Source: an uncultured Chloroflexia bacterium (lineage in GTDB: Bacteria > Chloroflexota > Limnocylindria > QHBO01). From it: DNA of 64,000 nt. Location of the stretch: the NCBI GenBank assembly GCA_963827475.1, contig CAWHAZ010000003.1:17032-81031 (forward strand), written 5' to 3'. The first letter of the stretch is position 1; the number at the start of each line of letters is the position of its first letter. The position numbers were made by a program, and so were the translations under genes. Shown here piece by piece: positions 56,202 through 64,000 of this stretch. A model generated the notes under the pieces. It saw only the letters and a list, made by a program, of their open reading frames with translations. It was not told the DNA's origin and did no database searches.

Positions 56202-58019
56202 TCAGGATCCTCCTTGCGCCGGAACGGCCGGCGTCGCCAACATTCGGGTGACCTCGGCCTTCTCCCGGCCGAGCTGAGTGATGTGCGTTTCGATCTGCGC
56301 CAGGAGCTCGCGGTCGCCATCGCGTTCCGCGTCCTCCAGCAGGTTGCGCCCGTCGCCGATGGCCTCCTCGATCCTCGCCCGGCGCAGTCGCAGGCGGCAG
56401 ACCCGCAGCGCCTCGGCAGCGATCGCCGGCTCGAGACGTGGCGCCGAAGCAGCGGCCTCGATCACGGCCCGCGCCAGCTCGGTGGAGACTGGATCGAGTC
56501 CGGTCAGGAAGCCTTCCACGTCGACCGGGCTCGATTCGGAAGCCGCGACCCAGCTGCGCCAGGCCTCGGCCAGGGACGCTGCCTCAGGGCGCCCCAAGGG
56601 CAGCGGGTTTGCCTCCAGGTCCACGGTGAGCGAGGGATGTCGGATGAGCAGGGCCAGGGTCTCGGTCTCGACCGCGTCCAGGGCGGGCGTCCCGGGTCCA
56701 ACGGGCTCGGACTGCGCCGCTGCGGGTCGTCGCTGGAGCCGCGGCCGTGCCAGACCCTCGCGCAGGATCTTCTCGTCGACCTTCACGATGCGCGACAGCT
56801 CCTGGACGTAGAGATCCTGGACGACCGAATCGGTCACCCGCTGGAGCTTGGCCAGGACGCGTCCGGCCATCTCGCGGCGGCCCGCGACGGTGTTCAGGTC
56901 CACGCGCGCGGCCTCGCGCTCCATGAAGTAGTCGATGAGCGGCTTGGCATTCTCGATCGCTTCGCGCCACGCGTCGGGATCGGTCTGCAGGAGCTCGGCG
57001 GGATCCTTGCCGGCCGGGATCCGGATCACGCGCAGCTTGGTCACGCTCTGGCTCGGACCGAGCTCCTCGAGCAGCCCGCGCTCGGTCGCGGCCTCGCCGG
57101 CGAGGTCCACGTCGTAGGCAAGGGTGATGGCATCCGCGTAGCGGGTCACGATGTCCACCTGGCCGCGAGTCAGCGCGGTCCCCATGGATGCCACGACGTT
57201 CGTAAAACCAGCCTGGTGGGCGGCCATGACATCGGTGTAGCCCTCGACGATCACCGCCAGCTTCTCGCTGCGAATGGCGGCCCGCGCGAGGTCGATCCCG
57301 TACAGCGTGCGGCTCTTGTCGAAGAGTGGCGTGGCCGGGGAGTTCAGGTACTTCGGGCCCTCCCCATCCGGCATGACCCGGCCGCCAAGCCCGGTCGCTC
57401 GACCGGACGCGTCACGGATCGGGATGATGATCCGCCGTCGGAACCGATCCACCGGCCGACCACGCTGGCCCATCGACGCGAGGCCGGCCGCGACCATCTC
57501 CTCCGACGAGAAGCCGCGCGACGCGAGCCGCTTGACGAGGGCATCCCAGCTGTCGGGCGCGAAACCGATGGCGAACCGATCCAGGGTCTCGTCGGAGAAG
57601 CCGCGCTCGGCGAGATAGCGACGGGCAGGCTCCGCCTGGCGGGCCTGGCGCAGGACCTCGCGGTACCAGGCGATGGCCGCCTCCAGGGCATCGCGCAGCC
57701 GCTTGCGACGACGATCCTCCCGAGCGCCAGCCGCGGACAGCTCCACGCCGGCTCGCTCGGCCAGGCGGCCGAGGGCCTCGCGGAACTCGATGCCGTCGCG
57801 CTTCATGACGAAGGTGAAGATGTCTCCGTGCTCGCCGCAGCCGAAGCAGTGCCACGACTCGCGCTCCGGGCTGACGGTGAACGACGGGGTCTTCTCGACG
57901 TGGAACGGGCAGAGGCCTTTCATCGTCGAGCCGGCACGTTTGAGCACGACCGTCTCGCCCACGATTTCGGCGACGGGCAGGCGGGATTTGATTTCGGCGA
58001 CGGAGCCGGGTGAGCTCAT
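56202..58019 (-). CDS. dnaG: DNA primase
   Basis: It has the zinc ribbon [30 protein letters not shown] and TOPRIM ([18 protein letters not shown]). Confidence 0.95.
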   Translation of the reverse strand: MSSPGSVAEIKSRLPVAEIVGETVVLKRAGSTMKGLCPFHVEKTPSFTVSPERESWHCFGCGEHGDIFTFVMKRDGIEFREALGRLAERAGVELSAAGAREDRRRKRLRDALEAAIAWYREVLRQARQAEPARRYLAERGFSDETLDRFAIGFAPDSWDALVKRLASRGFSSEEMVAAGLASMGQRGRPVDRFRRRIIIPIRDASGRATGLGGRVMPDGEGPKYLNSPATPLFDKSRTLYGIDLARAAIRSEKLAVIVEGYTDVMAAHQAGFTNVVASMGTALTRGQVDIVTRYADAITLAYDVDLAGEAATERGLLEELGPSQSVTKLRVIRIPAGKDPAELLQTDPDAWREAIENAKPLIDYFMEREAARVDLNTVAGRREMAGRVLAKLQRVTDSVVQDLYVQELSRIVKVDEKILREGLARPRLQRRPAAAQSEPVGPGTPALDAVETETLALLIRHPSLTVDLEANPLPLGRPEAASLAEAWRSWVAASESSPVDVEGFLTGLDPVSTELARAVIEAAASAPRLEPAIAAEALRVCRLRLRRARIEEAIGDGRNLLEDAERDGDRELLAQIETHITQLGREKAEVTRMLATPAVPAQGGS

Positions 58020-58048
58020 GGGAGGGTCCTGCGCGCCACTGGGGCGCG

Positions 58049-58110
58049 TGTCAAGTGATTTGTCAAGAGTTCTGTCAAGTGTCCAGACCCCATTTTAACC
58101 CATTGTCAAG
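58049..58110. repeat. four copies of TGTCAAG (CTTGACA on the dnaG strand), three in 12-bp phase
   Basis: Copies lie at 58049-58055, 58061-58067, 58073-58079 and 58104-58110. They sit in the dnaG / ECF-sigma divergent spacer. Confidence 0.4.
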
Positions 58111-58180
58111 CGATCCCAGCGCATTTGGTAGTCCACCCGCGTGACTGGAGTTCAAACGCCCGTGGGCTACCATCCGTGAC

Positions 58181-58720
58181 GTGGAGGAGCACTCGCAGGA
58201 GCGGGACTTCGTCGAGCTGCACGGCGACCGTTTGCTGGGGTTCGCCATGCTCCTCACGCTCGGAGACGCGTCGCGGGCGGGGCGACTGACGTCCCAGGCG
58301 CTCGGCGCCGGCGTGAAGCGCATCGACCAGCTGCGGCATCCGGTGCGGGCGGCGGCATGGCTTCGGGGGCAGGTCACCCAGGCCGCGGGCCTCCCCGCGT
58401 GGGGGCAACGGCGTCCCAACGAGACAGAGCGACGAGATGCGCTCCGGTCGATGGGGGTGGACCCCGCGACGTATGACGCCCTGGCCAGTCTGAACGTCCG
58501 CAGCCGCGCGGCAGTGGTCGCGACGGCGGTCGAGGGATTCGCCATCGCCGATGTGTTCGAGATCGTGGGCAGCGACGAGCGGGTGCGGACGGCGCGCCGC
58601 GACTTCCTCACCGCGTACCTCGCCGCCTCGGAGGCGCGCGACTCCACTCCTCCCTCGGGCGAGCTCACCGCGCGGGTGCGCGCCGCCGCCGGCGGGATCA
58701 TGGCCGAGTCCCGGGAATGA
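58181..58720 (+). CDS. divergent ECF-type sigma-70 family protein (actinobacterial SigE-like layout)
   Basis: It has a region-2-like segment (DFVELHGDRLLGFAMLLTLGD...AAAWLRGQV) and a region-4-like segment (LNVRSRAAVVATAVEGFAIADVFEIVG...VRTARRDF). The call rests on motif resemblance only. Confidence 0.55.
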   Translation: MEEHSQERDFVELHGDRLLGFAMLLTLGDASRAGRLTSQALGAGVKRIDQLRHPVRAAAWLRGQVTQAAGLPAWGQRRPNETERRDALRSMGVDPATYDALASLNVRSRAAVVATAVEGFAIADVFEIVGSDERVRTARRDFLTAYLAASEARDSTPPSGELTARVRAAAGGIMAESRE

Positions 58721-59640
58721 CCGATTCGCACGATCTGCTCGAGTCCTGGCTGATCGAGGGGGCGGTGGGCGATCCGCCGCGGGAGCTGGCCGTTCACGCC
58801 GCCGTGTGCGACTCCTGTGGGCAGCGACTCGGCGCGTTCGACTCGCTGGCGGTCGTCGACGTGGCCGCCGCCGGCTCTCCGCCGCCGGTGGCCTCGCCAT
58901 CGCGGGTGGTGGCCGCGCTCCTGTGGGCGCGCACCGGGACGGCCGTGGTGGCTACGGTCGCCGCCGGCGTCCTCGTCGTCGTGGCCGCGACACAGCTGGC
59001 GGGGATCGTTGGCGGCCTGCCGGCACCTTCGGACGGCGTGGCGTTCGAGACCGGCTCCGGCGCGCTCTCATCGGACGAGTCGGGGTCGCGCGGTCCCGAG
59101 CCGGCGGGCGAACCCAGCGTCCCGGGGCCGACACCCACCCCGATCCCGACCTTCATTCCGCTGCCGACCGTCGCCCCCGGCGCAGCGCCCTTGGCCGCGC
59201 CGTCCGCTCCCATCCTGGTCCGGGGAGCGGTCACCCAGAGCTCGATCAACATGTTCTGGACGAATGGGAGCGGCGGCGGCCCGGTGCAAAAGTGGGACGT
59301 CTGGCGCCGCATCGGTACCGGGACGTGGCAGAAGCTCGGGGAGCTGCCCGCCGGCACGCACAGCATGACGAACTCGGGGCTCGCGTCCGGCACGAGCTAT
59401 TCGTACCGGATCCGGGCCGTCAACACCAGCGCGCTCGGCTCCTTCTCGAACACGATCACGGGCACGACCCTGTCTCCGCCGGCCCCGACCCCAACACCGG
59501 CCCCAACCCCGCCCCCACCGACGCCCACGCCGGAACCATCGATCCCGGACACGCCGCCGCCCACGCCGGAGCCGACACCCGAGCCAACCCCGGAACCAAC
59601 GCCACCGCCGCCGACACCGGACCCGTCGGCGACGCCCTGA
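58717..59640 (+). CDS. membrane-anchored anti-sigma-like protein with an extracytoplasmic fibronectin type III domain and a Pro/Thr-rich tail
   Basis: An ATGA overlap occurs with the sigma gene. It has a zf-HC2-like motif (HAAVCDSCGQRL) and a TM helix (AVVATVAAGVLVVVAA). An FN3-like block follows (SSINMFWTNGSGGGPVQKWDVWRR...SYSYRIRAVNTSALG). Confidence 0.65.
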   Translation: MTDSHDLLESWLIEGAVGDPPRELAVHAAVCDSCGQRLGAFDSLAVVDVAAAGSPPPVASPSRVVAALLWARTGTAVVATVAAGVLVVVAATQLAGIVGGLPAPSDGVAFETGSGALSSDESGSRGPEPAGEPSVPGPTPTPIPTFIPLPTVAPGAAPLAAPSAPILVRGAVTQSSINMFWTNGSGGGPVQKWDVWRRIGTGTWQKLGELPAGTHSMTNSGLASGTSYSYRIRAVNTSALGSFSNTITGTTLSPPAPTPTPAPTPPPPTPTPEPSIPDTPPPTPEPTPEPTPEPTPPPPTPDPSATP

Positions 59641-59724
59641 CATCGGTCGAACCGGCGTGCGCGTGATGGCGCCGGTCGTGTAGAAGGGGCGCACCGGAAT
59701 CGGTCCCATCCAGCGGAGGAACGC

Positions 59725-60897
59725 ATGGCTTTCGACATGTCCCTGGTCCAGCGAGGCGCGCGCCTGCGGCGGTCGCCCTTCTACGAGGCGGAGCAGGCCT
59801 ACAGCCCGAAGGGCTACACCGTCTACAACCACATGCTGTTCCCGACCAACTACGACGACTTCGAGGCCGAGTACTGGCACCTCCTCAACCACGTGACCCT
59901 GTGGGACGTCGCGGTCGAGCGGAACCTGGAGATCCAGGGCCGGGACGGGTTCCGCTTCGCCCAGCTGTTGACCCCTCGGGACCTGTCGAAATGCGCGGTG
60001 GGCCAGGGCAAGTACGTGCTGATCACCGCGCCGGACGGGGGCATCGTCAACGACCCGGTGATGCTGCGCCTGGGCGACAACCACTTCTGGTTCGCACTCG
60101 CCAGCTCGGACGCGCTGCTGTACGCCATGGGGCTCGCCGCCAACCTCGGCTGGGACGTGCAGATCGGCGAGCCGGACGTGTCGCCGGTCCAGATCCAGGG
60201 CCCGCACTCGAGCGACGTGGTCGCCGCGCTCTTCGGCCCCGACATCCTGTCGCTGAAGTACTACTGGTTCCGTGAGCTGTCGCTGGACGGCATCCCGGTG
60301 ATCGTGACCCGCACCGGCTGGACGGCCGAGGTCGGCTACGAGATCTACCTCCGTGACGGCCAGCACGGGACCGCGCTGTGGGAGCGGATCATGGACGCCG
60401 GTCGACCGTTCCAGATCAAGCCAACCGGCCCGTCGGACATCCGGCGGGTGGAGGGCGGCATCCTGAACTGGGGCGCCGACATGGGCCTGGAGAACAACCC
60501 GTTCGAGGTGGGCCTCGAGCGGCTCTGCCATCTCGACGGCCAGTTCGAGTTCATGGGCAAGGCCGCGCTGCAGGAGATCCGCCACAACGGGGTCAGCCGC
60601 AAGCTGATCGGGGTCGAGATCGGCGGGGATCGGCTGGAGATGAACTTCACGAAGTGGCCGGTGACGGCCGACGGGGCACTGGTCGGCCAGGTGACGACCG
60701 CGCTGTGGTCGCCACGGCTGGAGCGGAACATCGGCTACGCGTGGCTGCCGATCGAGCGGGCGGTGGATGGCCATGCGGTGACGGTGACGACGCCCGACGG
60801 AGAGCGCGAGGCGACGGTCGTCCCGATGCCGTTCATCGACCCCGACAAGGAGATCCCGAAGGCGAAAATCGCGGTCGGGGAGGTGGGCCTGCGCTGA
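59725..60897 (+). CDS. aminomethyltransferase (GcvT/DmdA) family protein
   Basis: 390 aa with the GcvT fold (LWDVAVERNLEIQGRD, RTGWTAEVGYEIY, a C-terminal barrel). Substrate unknown. Confidence 0.85.
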   Translation: MAFDMSLVQRGARLRRSPFYEAEQAYSPKGYTVYNHMLFPTNYDDFEAEYWHLLNHVTLWDVAVERNLEIQGRDGFRFAQLLTPRDLSKCAVGQGKYVLITAPDGGIVNDPVMLRLGDNHFWFALASSDALLYAMGLAANLGWDVQIGEPDVSPVQIQGPHSSDVVAALFGPDILSLKYYWFRELSLDGIPVIVTRTGWTAEVGYEIYLRDGQHGTALWERIMDAGRPFQIKPTGPSDIRRVEGGILNWGADMGLENNPFEVGLERLCHLDGQFEFMGKAALQEIRHNGVSRKLIGVEIGGDRLEMNFTKWPVTADGALVGQVTTALWSPRLERNIGYAWLPIERAVDGHAVTVTTPDGEREATVVPMPFIDPDKEIPKAKIAVGEVGLR

Positions 60898-60910
60898 CGG
60901 GCCGCCGCGC

Positions 60911-61360
60911 TCAGGACCCGGGCTTGAACACCATGAGCGCGATGATGACGGCGAAGCTCACCAGCTCCAGCCGCGAGACCACGTACAGGCCCCGGATCAA
61001 CTTCAGACCCGTGACCGATGTGGGCCCTTCCACCTCGAACGTGTCCGCCGCCCGCTTGGCCCGAGGCCCAAGGTAAAGGGCGCCGGCCACGGCCGACGCC
61101 ACCCACAGGGCGACGGACACGGCGATCCAGACCTCGCCGAAGCTCCAGGCCTGGATGGTCATGGCGACGCCACTGATGATGATCACGAGGGATGCCGGCA
61201 GGAACAGCCACTTGCCGAGGCCTTCCATGTGGCGGGCGATTGCCGGCACGAAGGCCGGATCGGACCGTCCGATGCGAATCGCGAGCACCTGGATGGCGAC
61301 GGCGCCACCGACCCAGATCACGGCCGCCACGATGTGCGCGTACAGCAACAGGTCATACAT
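60911..61360 (-). CDS. DUF2269-like integral membrane protein
   Basis: ORF 60911..61453 from ATG 61358-61360 (MYDLLLYAHIVAAVIWVGG), with four TM helices. Confidence 0.6.
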   Translation of the reverse strand: MYDLLLYAHIVAAVIWVGGAVAIQVLAIRIGRSDPAFVPAIARHMEGLGKWLFLPASLVIIISGVAMTIQAWSFGEVWIAVSVALWVASAVAGALYLGPRAKRAADTFEVEGPTSVTGLKLIRGLYVVSRLELVSFAVIIALMVFKPGS

Positions 61361-61421
61361 TGGGCCAAGGATACCGATGGGCGCGGCGAACCCGGGCGCC
61401 CCACCGGTACGATGCCGGGCC

Positions 61422-61895
61422 ATGTGGAGAGCCGTGACGATCGAGGCGAGCATCGACTACCCACCCGAGCGGGTGTTTCCATACCTCGCCGATCCTGAGC
61501 GCTGGCCGGAGTTCGCGCCGGCGGTGGCATCACGGCGGCGGATCGGCGACGGATCGCCGGCGGTCGGGAGCCGATGGGCGGCGGTGGACCGCATCGGTCC
61601 GTTCCGCATCCGGTTCACCGATGAGCTCAGCGAGGTCGAACCCTACCGCGGCGTGGTCTGGCTCTCGACCTCGCCATGGAACTCGCGAGTCGAGTACCGA
61701 CTCCGGCCCGAGGCCGACGGGACGCGGATCCTGGCCAGCTACCAAGGCGACGTTGCCGGCTGGCTGCGGCTCGTCGCGCTCCTCCCCACGCGCGTGCTGG
61801 CCCGGATCCTCATGCGGGATTTCCACGGCCTCGGGCGCTGCCTGGACGCCGAGGAGCGATCCCCCGCCGTATTGGACGTCGCCAGTCCCGGTTGA
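61422..61895 (+). CDS. SRPBCC (START/polyketide cyclase-like) family protein
   Basis: This is the tail of ORF 61155..61895 from ATG 61422. The sequence WRAVTIEASIDYPPERVFPYLADPERWPEF is typical of the family. Confidence 0.75.
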   Translation: MWRAVTIEASIDYPPERVFPYLADPERWPEFAPAVASRRRIGDGSPAVGSRWAAVDRIGPFRIRFTDELSEVEPYRGVVWLSTSPWNSRVEYRLRPEADGTRILASYQGDVAGWLRLVALLPTRVLARILMRDFHGLGRCLDAEERSPAVLDVASPG

Positions 61896-61908
61896 TGCCG
61901 GGACCGGC

Positions 61909-63288
61909 TCAGCCGGCCGGCGGGATGTTCTGGTTCAAACGGAACAGGTTGGTCGGGTCGTACTTCGCCTTGATCGCCCGCAGGCGGTCCCAGGTGGCAC
62001 CCGGGTAGGCAGCCCGGACGCGCGCCTCGCCCTCGTCGACGAGGAAATTCACGTAGGCGCCATCATCGCCCTGCCGAAGGTCGTCGACGAAGCCGGTGAC
62101 CCACGCGCGCCGGCGCGGCCGGTCCTCCTCACCCTCGTAGAACGCGGCGACGTTCACCATGACCCGACTCGTGCGATGCGCGAACGCGGTCGCGTCCACC
62201 GGAACGTCGGCCATCGCGCCACCCAGCGGTCGGAGCTGCGCGACCCGCATCGGTGAGTCCGATGCCGCCAGCCGCTCGAGGATGAGCTCGGAAGCCGCGG
62301 CATCCACCCGGTCGACGAACATCGTCCGCGCCTCGGCCAGCGGCCGGTAGTCGGGATCGTCCGGCATGTAGATCTCCGGGTAGCCCATCGGCTTGAGCCC
62401 GTCCATGAGCGGCGCTGCGAGGGCCCGGAAGGGGGCGACCGCCCGCTCGGCGGCATCGGCATCGCCGGCGTAGCACATGATCGCCATGGCCACCATCTGG
62501 CCCACGGCCTCCTCGGGAATGCCCGGCATCGGTGGCGCCGGCATGACATTGAGGATCGACGAAAGCTCGTTGGAGGCCGCGTTCGAAGCGGCCATGAAGC
62601 CCTCGATCACCTCCGCCGTCGCGGGCAGGATCAGGATGCCGCCATACGCCTCGGGCACCTCGTGCAGCCGGAACTGGAATCGGGTGGCAACCCCGAAGTT
62701 GCCGCCGCCGCCGCGGATCGCCCAGAACAGGTCCGGCTCGGTGTCGGCGTCGACCCGCCGCAGCTCACCGTCGGCGGTGACGATGTCGGCCGCCAGGAGC
62801 GAATCGATCGTGAGGCCGAGCAGGCGGACGAGGTAGCCGACGCCGCCGCCGAGGGTCAGCCCGCCGAGCCCGACCGACCCGGTGTCGCCGAACCCGACGG
62901 CGAGCCCGTGCTCGCCGGCGGCATCGGTGAATGCTGCCGCCGTCAAGCCGCTGTCGGCCCAGGCCACCCGGGCCTCCGGATCAAGCTCGAGCGCGGTCAG
63001 CTCGCGGAGGTCGAGGACGATGCCGCCGTCGGTCGCCGAGTGGCCGGCCCCGCTGTGGCCGCCGCTGCGGACCGCCAGCTCGGCGCCGGTCTCCCGGGCC
63101 AGGTCGATGACCTCGGCAACGTCCGCGGCATCCGCCACGCGCACGATGAACGCGGGGTGGCGGTCGATGTGGCCGGCGACGACGGTTCGGGTGGCGTCGT
63201 AGTCCGGGTCCTCGGGCGTGATGATGCGGCCTCGCACGCGGCCTTCGAGAGCCGTCGCGGAGAGCGGACTGGAAGCGGAAACGGACAT
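61909..63288 (-). CDS. FAD-linked oxidase (PCMH/BBE-like family)
   Basis: ORF 61909..63360 from ATG 63286-63288. It has VRSGGHSGAGHS, WAIRGGGGNFGV and a BBE-like C-terminus (YVNF...KAKYDPTNLFRLNQNI). Confidence 0.88.
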   Translation of the reverse strand: MSVSASSPLSATALEGRVRGRIITPEDPDYDATRTVVAGHIDRHPAFIVRVADAADVAEVIDLARETGAELAVRSGGHSGAGHSATDGGIVLDLRELTALELDPEARVAWADSGLTAAAFTDAAGEHGLAVGFGDTGSVGLGGLTLGGGVGYLVRLLGLTIDSLLAADIVTADGELRRVDADTEPDLFWAIRGGGGNFGVATRFQFRLHEVPEAYGGILILPATAEVIEGFMAASNAASNELSSILNVMPAPPMPGIPEEAVGQMVAMAIMCYAGDADAAERAVAPFRALAAPLMDGLKPMGYPEIYMPDDPDYRPLAEARTMFVDRVDAAASELILERLAASDSPMRVAQLRPLGGAMADVPVDATAFAHRTSRVMVNVAAFYEGEEDRPRRRAWVTGFVDDLRQGDDGAYVNFLVDEGEARVRAAYPGATWDRLRAIKAKYDPTNLFRLNQNIPPAG

Positions 63289-63310
63289 CCTGGGATCCTC
63301 CGAGGACGAA

Positions 63311-64000
63311 TCAGCGGTCGCGCTCGTCGGCCTCCGCCAGGACGGCCTGGGCGGCCGCAAGACGGGCGACGGGAACCCGGAACGGGGAGCACGACACGTA
63401 GTCGAGACCGATATCGTGACAGAACGCGATCGACGATGGGTCGCCGCCGTGTTCCCCGCAGATCCCGACCTTGAGACCCGGGCGAGCCGCGCGGCCTCGC
63501 TCGGTGGCGATCCGGACCAGCTCCCCCACCCCCTCCCGGTCGAGGACCTGGAACGGGTTTTCGGGCAGGATCTTGCGTTCGACGTAGCGCATGAGGAACT
63601 TCCCCTCCGCGTCGTCGCGCGAGTAGCCGAACGTCATCTGGGTCAGGTCGTTGGTGCCGAAGCTGAAGAACTCGGCGTCCTGCGCGATCTCGCCGGCGGT
63701 CAGCGCCCCGCGCGGGACCTCGATCATGGTCCCGAACTTGTAGGCAACCGACTGCCCGGAGGCCTCGGCCACCGAACGTGCCTCCGCCTCGAGGGTGGCC
63801 CGCGTCTCGCGCAGCTCGTTGGCGTGGCCGACGAGCGGGATCATGATCTCGGGCAGCGGGGTGACGCCCTCGGCGGCCACTCGCGTGGCGGCGGCCAGGA
63901 TGGCCCGGGTCTGCATCCGGACGATGTCGGGGATCATGAGCCCGAGGCGCACCCCGCGCATGCCGAGCATCGGGTTCTGCTCGCGCATGGACTCGACCGC
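63311..64000 (-). CDS. ppdK: pyruvate, phosphate dikinase, C-terminal PEP-utilising TIM-barrel part. The gene continues beyond the window.
   Basis: It has [41 protein letters not shown] and [19 protein letters not shown]. Confidence 0.9.
   Translation of the reverse strand, partial: AVESMREQNPMLGMRGVRLGLMIPDIVRMQTRAILAAATRVAAEGVTPLPEIMIPLVGHANELRETRATLEAEARSVAEASGQSVAYKFGTMIEVPRGALTAGEIAQDAEFFSFGTNDLTQMTFGYSRDDAEGKFLMRYVERKILPENPFQVLDREGVGELVRIATERGRAARPGLKVGICGEHGGDPSSIAFCHDIGLDYVSCSPFRVPVARLAAAQAVLAEADERDR

Noticed and set aside
58049-58079. Three stacked sigma-70 promoters using the repeated TTGACA hexamers.
   Set aside because: For each hexamer, the sequence 16 to 18 nt downstream on the dnaG strand (caggac, cccagt, cttgac) is nothing like TATAAT.
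59440-59640. A tandem DNA repeat or possible repeat array in the Pro/Thr-rich region.
   Set aside because: It is in-frame low-complexity coding sequence (PTPEP-type linker) at the C-terminus of the anti-sigma-like protein. It has imperfect units and no spacer structure, so it is not a CRISPR or VNTR-like element.

Overview
This is a very GC-rich window (about two-thirds to 70 percent by eye, not computed). It is almost wall-to-wall housekeeping genes, mostly on the minus strand and often joined by 4-nt NTGA start/stop overlaps.

Gene content in window order:
- A glycine-cleavage operon: NUDIX, gcvT, gcvH, gcvPA, gcvPB.
- A GT4 glycosyltransferase, a CYTH protein and tRNA-Val.
- An MFS transporter.
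- A complete-looking division and cell-wall (dcw) cluster running mraZ, rsmH, ftsL, ftsI, murF, mraY, murD, ftsW, murG, murB, ddl, ftsQ, sbp, ftsA, ftsZ, yggS, yggT. It has a recognisable Pmra promoter and MraZ boxes.
- RNase P RNA lying immediately behind an icd-sdhCDAB-rnhA operon.
- sucCD.
- A propionyl-CoA to succinyl-CoA set: epimerase, mutase large subunit, BCCP, biotin carboxylase, pccB.
- tRNA-Met and parAB.
- A stretch of accessory-type genes: proline dehydrogenase, an FG-GAP/ASPIC protein, corA, a decayed MFS gene, an MDR oxidoreductase, and an AraC-DUF1801-VOC-UvrA-paralog cluster.
- tRNA-Asn and the dnaG-rpoD operon.
- An ECF-like sigma with an FN3 anti-sigma.
- A GcvT-family enzyme and a few small or redox genes.
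- The 3' part of ppdK at the window edge.

FtsA and Sbp (DUF1290) occur together with an actinobacterial-type ECF sigma. That suggests a high-GC monoderm lineage (Chloroflexota or deep Actinomycetota-like), but I cannot place it from sequence alone.

I found no transposase, integrase, prophage, CRISPR array, toxin-antitoxin or recognisable defence system, and no convincing new multi-gene system.

The most notable features:
1. At least ten single-base frame disruptions in otherwise well-conserved genes (gcvPB, gcvPA, ftsQ, pccB twice, others). They are unevenly distributed, and several are not in homopolymers.
2. rnpB sits about 6 nt downstream of an RNase HI gene that is itself start/stop-coupled to sdhB.
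3. The primary sigma factor carries three large lineage-specific insertions.
4. Several unexplained short DNA repeats lie in key intergenic regions: ftsA-ftsZ, dnaG upstream, parA upstream and gcv upstream.
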